Assembly (NCBI GenBank): GCA_965246715.1
Contig: CBDFFH010000021.1
Coordinates: 142,558 to 206,557, forward strand
Length of the DNA stretch: 64,000 nucleotides
Origin: Chamaesiphon sp.
GTDB lineage: Bacteria; Cyanobacteriota; Cyanobacteriia; Cyanobacteriales; Chamaesiphonaceae
Direction of reading: 5' to 3'
Every line of letters begins with the position of its first letter. Positions within the stretch are counted from its first letter, which is position 1. Below, in pieces: positions 60,654 through 64,000 of this stretch. Below the pieces are notes generated by a model. The model worked only from the letters and a program-made list of their open reading frames with translations, had not been told where the DNA came from and did not search any database. The translations under genes were made by a program, and so were the position numbers.

Positions 60654-60870
60654 GTAGGTTGGGCATCATCCACCACTTCAAATCGAGACGGAGCAACGAC
60701 TTTGGCTTGTTTTGTCGCTCGACGATTTGAAACACTCGATCGCTGTTGATTCGATCCACATAAATTCGATCGATCGAATATGAATAATGTTCGAGCGCTT
60801 AGGTATTTTCTACTTGCGATCGAAGGAATTGTAATCGATCGATAGAGTGTTTGCTATCGATCGAGATTTT
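60654..60870 (+). repeat. REP plus conserved spacer, copy C
   Basis: Similar to copies A and B; half-REP at 60631. Confidence 0.88.
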
Positions 60871-60950
60871 GAGGTTCGCTCGATTAATTAGTTCAATCGA
60901 TCGCAAGCAGATATTTACAATTCTCGCTCATTAGTACGATCGATCGTTGT

Positions 60951-61781
60951 TTATCGATCGCCATTACCACCCAAATCCACACCACCCGCTATTCTTGCTT
61001 TTATACTCCTTTGAATCTCTGAATATTTCGCTCTTTTTTTAATAGTCTCCTTCTCAATCTGAGGCAATCTAATTTTCTGAAATGTATTCCACTTTGGATC
61101 GACAATATTTATCTCCACTTCCGTAGGGATTGCTAAATTAATTTCAATCCCATAACGGTACCAAACACTCAACCCAGCATCACTCCAAATATTAAAAGCG
61201 ATCCGCTCGATTAACTTCAAACCTTGCCGAACATCGCCAAGAATTGTATCTTTGATGTATTCCTTGACAAATAGTAAAGACATCCGTAAATGTTTGAGAT
61301 CTTGTCTGCCCTCTTGTGGTAATCCGATCGCTGCTTTAAGTTTACCTTCCAAACACAGCATTGGATTTAAAATCTTCACCCGCACCCCTGCTAGTACTTG
61401 TTGTCCCTCAAAAACAATCGCCGATTGTGAAAGTTCGATATCCCCAATCCCGAATACCGAACCCAGAAAATCCACTCGTAACGGTCGATCTTCTGTTGGT
61501 ACGATTAAAACTCCAGTATTTGGCGAAGGATCGAAATCTCGATTGATGTTAATCGTCCCACCTAAAATTTTCTGACAAGCGATTGCCTCAACTTTACCAC
61601 CATAAAAATCTAAATCTGCACTAGAAAACGGCAAATATTCTGTCAATGCTGTCACTCGGCTAGCATAGTAACTTGCCCAGATATTAATTGCCTGACCACC
61701 AACTAAAATCAAGTCCAATTCTTCTCGATCGATTGCTTGAAATAGTGAGATAAGATTTTCCGGAGTAAAAATTCTGTCCAT
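60951..61781 (-). CDS. Hypothetical protein with a nucleotidyltransferase-like N-terminus
   Basis: LILVGGQA...SADLDFY, later VDFL, K, and R.QD.KH motifs. Confidence 0.65.
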   Translation of the reverse strand: MDRIFTPENLISLFQAIDREELDLILVGGQAINIWASYYASRVTALTEYLPFSSADLDFYGGKVEAIACQKILGGTININRDFDPSPNTGVLIVPTEDRPLRVDFLGSVFGIGDIELSQSAIVFEGQQVLAGVRVKILNPMLCLEGKLKAAIGLPQEGRQDLKHLRMSLLFVKEYIKDTILGDVRQGLKLIERIAFNIWSDAGLSVWYRYGIEINLAIPTEVEINIVDPKWNTFQKIRLPQIEKETIKKRAKYSEIQRSIKARIAGGVDLGGNGDR

Positions 61782-61783
61782 AT

Positions 61784-61999
61784 CTAATCTTCTAATCGAT
61801 CGTCAAGCAAGCTCAGAGAATTGAATTCAAAACCACGGCTAAAATCTGGCTTTAATAAAGATGAATCGATTACTCGATCTAATATTACTTGAGCTGTTTG
61901 AGGTGAAAGTTTTAATAGTTGTTGTCTAGCAGAAATTTTCTCTCGTGCTAATTCCAACCATGCCGCTCGGTCTAAGATCTGAAAGTCATCATCTAACAT
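61784..61999 (-). CDS. Small hypothetical protein (71 aa) directly upstream of the NTase-like gene
   Basis: Starts MLDDDFQ at 61999; stop lies 2 bp before the next ATG. Confidence 0.55.
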   Translation of the reverse strand: MLDDDFQILDRAAWLELAREKISARQQLLKLSPQTAQVILDRVIDSSLLKPDFSRGFEFNSLSLLDDRLED

Positions 62000-62060
62000 T
62001 GCTGTAGCAATAAATAGGAATTTATATTCATAACATAGCATTAAAGGCGAACTAGTAGAT

Positions 62061-63838
62061 CTCGACACAGCAGGCAACCTTACCAACGAAATCGACCCCC
62101 TCGGACGCAGCACCCGTCACTACTATGACGAACGCAACCGCCAAACTCAAATTATCGATGCTAAAGGTGGCTATACCCGCTATACGTACACCGCCGACGC
62201 GACGAGATTGGTAATCTTACTCAGGCTCAGGAATCGATCGGAACGGCGATCGCTGCTACGACAATTTATGAGTATAATGACCCCCGTTATTTGAATACGA
62301 AGATTAGTCAGACGGGGGTAGGTTTAGCCACTAAAGATGTCAAGTTTACATACGCTCCAACGGGTTTAAATACCAGAGTCGAACGGGATGTCGATGGATT
62401 GTTAAAGGTTAAAACCACGAATGCTTACGATCTCTATGGACGGTTGACGGGGATCGAACACCGAGATAGTGCTAACGTAATTATCGGCAAAAGTAGCTAT
62501 ATTATCGATAATCTCGACAGATTACAGACCGAGACAGTAGACGGTCAAATTCGCACCATTGGTTACGATAGTATCGACCAGGTGAAGACGTTCGATAGTT
62601 TCGGACGGGTGTTGAGTGAGACTAATCCCAGCGTGAGTTTCCGGTATGGGTATACGGGACGGGAACGGGATCTTGAGAGTGGGTTGAGTTATTATCGAGC
62701 GCGATATTACGACCCGCAGGTGGGACGGTTTATCAGTGTCGATCCGATGGGGTTTGGGGCTGGGGATACTAATCTGTATCGCTATGTCGGGAATAGTTCC
62801 ACAATGGCTACCGATCCGAGTGGCAATCTACCTATTCCTCTTCTAGTACTGGGTGGAATTGCTCTGGCTGGTGCTGCAATTTCTGCATTTCAAAACTATA
62901 GCTATCAGAAAGCTCAACTTGCTGATGGCATTCATCCTAATAACTATCCGGATGGCAATAAGGCTGATGTCAATTTGGGTGATGTTGCTGTTCGTGCAGT
63001 CGGTGGCGGAGTTGTTGCCCCTCTTGCTGCTTTAGGTGTTGCTATCGCTCCACTAGCTGCTGTGCCATTAATTGGATTGGGATTGTGGTCAGGAGTTGAA
63101 AATCATTCTACTGCACAAGCTGAATATGATGCAGGACACACAAATACTGCCTGGTATCACGAAAAAATGGCTTTTGTGGATATTCTCACTGCTGGGCTAT
63201 TCCACTCCACTTCTAGACCACCATCCACACTATCTCCGGCTTTGGCTGGTGGTGCTGGTGCTTTATTAGATGTGGCGACTGCTGTTCCTTCGTTACTTTC
63301 TAGTGCTGGTGCTGGGTTGATTGGTTCTAGTGTTGGTAGTCTTTTCCAGCATTATTTTGCGATGTCCGAGCAGAGCGCTGGATCGGGCAAGAAAGATACT
63401 ACAACTGGATATATAAATTCAGAAGGAGTTCCTATACCTCGTAAAGAGGATGTAACAGATGGTCCACATGGTCCATCTCGCAGTATTGTAGATGTAGTCG
63501 CGAGAGCATTTGGAAAAAACAAGGATGGAACACCGAAGAAGGGTAGTGGTCCTCAAGGTAAATGGTTGTCAGAAGAAGCTGGCTATGAAGCAGTTAAAAA
63601 TTTAGATGTTGAAAAAATGGCATTTGGTACGGCTTATTCTGTGCCTATCCCTCCAAAAGCAGGAAAAGTAATCAGACCAGTAAAAGTTTACCCAGAAAGA
63701 GAACTTCCACTTGATGAAAGATATTTTTCAGAGAATGCTAATAGAGCGATTGTTATTAAGAAGCCTGATGGTATTCATACATATCCAATTGGGCAAGAAA
63801 ATCCTGCATATCACGTAGAAGCTCCTGTTAAAAAATAG
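62061..63838 (+). pseudogene. 5'-truncated, internally deleted RHS toxin 3 with an unknown tip (possible RNase)
   Basis: YD repeats from 62061; frameshifting deletion near 62200; in-frame deletion at DQVK|TFDSFG; intact core end DPSG. Confidence 0.85.
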
Positions 63839-63849
63839 AGGTGTACTCG

Positions 63850-64000
63850 ATGGAATCACAAGTAATTGAGATTATCACAGACTTAAACTGTAGAGCAAAA
63901 GTCTCGTTGAATGAGCTAGAACCAAAAAAAATAGTCAAAGACTTGATAGATGCAGGGCACGAAATGCTAGTATTGAGAGGGCATTTTTTGGAGCAATTCG
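63850..64000 (+). CDS. Putative immunity protein for RHS3, 3'-partial
   Basis: ATG 11 bp after the toxin stop with SD GAGGTG; open to the window end. Confidence 0.65.
   Translation, partial: MESQVIEIITDLNCRAKVSLNELEPKKIVKDLIDAGHEMLVLRGHFLEQF

Noticed and set aside
44044..60870. Regularly spaced repeats as a CRISPR array
   Set aside because: The repeats are GTAG REP hairpins with long, mutually similar intervals; no unique ~35-nt spacers and no cas genes
47980..63838. Repeated RHS cores as a diversity-generating retroelement
   Set aside because: No reverse transcriptase in the window, and differences between copies are not adenine-specific

Overview
Cyanobacterial chromosomal window. GCGATCGC and especially TCGATCGA/CGATCG (HIP1-type) sites are very frequent, which suggests a Chamaesiphon-like host (inference). 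From left to right: the 3' part of cphA; TauD, cupin and LysR genes; a complete Nit1C/MSMEG_0565-0572-type nitrilase-radical SAM cluster with a GAF-LuxR regulator and NtcA promoters; housekeeping genes; an intein-containing rtcB; a PEP-CTERM protease and cyanoexosortase A genes; and an hmp/pil chemosensory cluster with hmpF. From about 43.4 kb there is a polymorphic-toxin island. It holds a nonsense-inactivated RAYT transposase, GTAG-REP repeats and four orphan toxin/immunity modules (deaminase-like, nucleotidyltransferase-like, metallopeptidase, possible RNase). The modules are separated by a conserved REP spacer plus antisense Rpn- or TA-like cargo, and the island also carries two ISAs1 copies, an IS1 remnant and a MITE. 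The most unusual signals are: (i) mirror-image, near-total strand-specific third-codon skews around an inverted pair of ~190-bp repeats flanking the nitrilase; (ii) the REP-punctuated modular RHS array; (iii) an RHS tip with a nucleotidyltransferase signature; and (iv) a shared operator exactly 91 bp upstream of two NtcA boxes. Family calls come from motif recognition only; no database searches were run.
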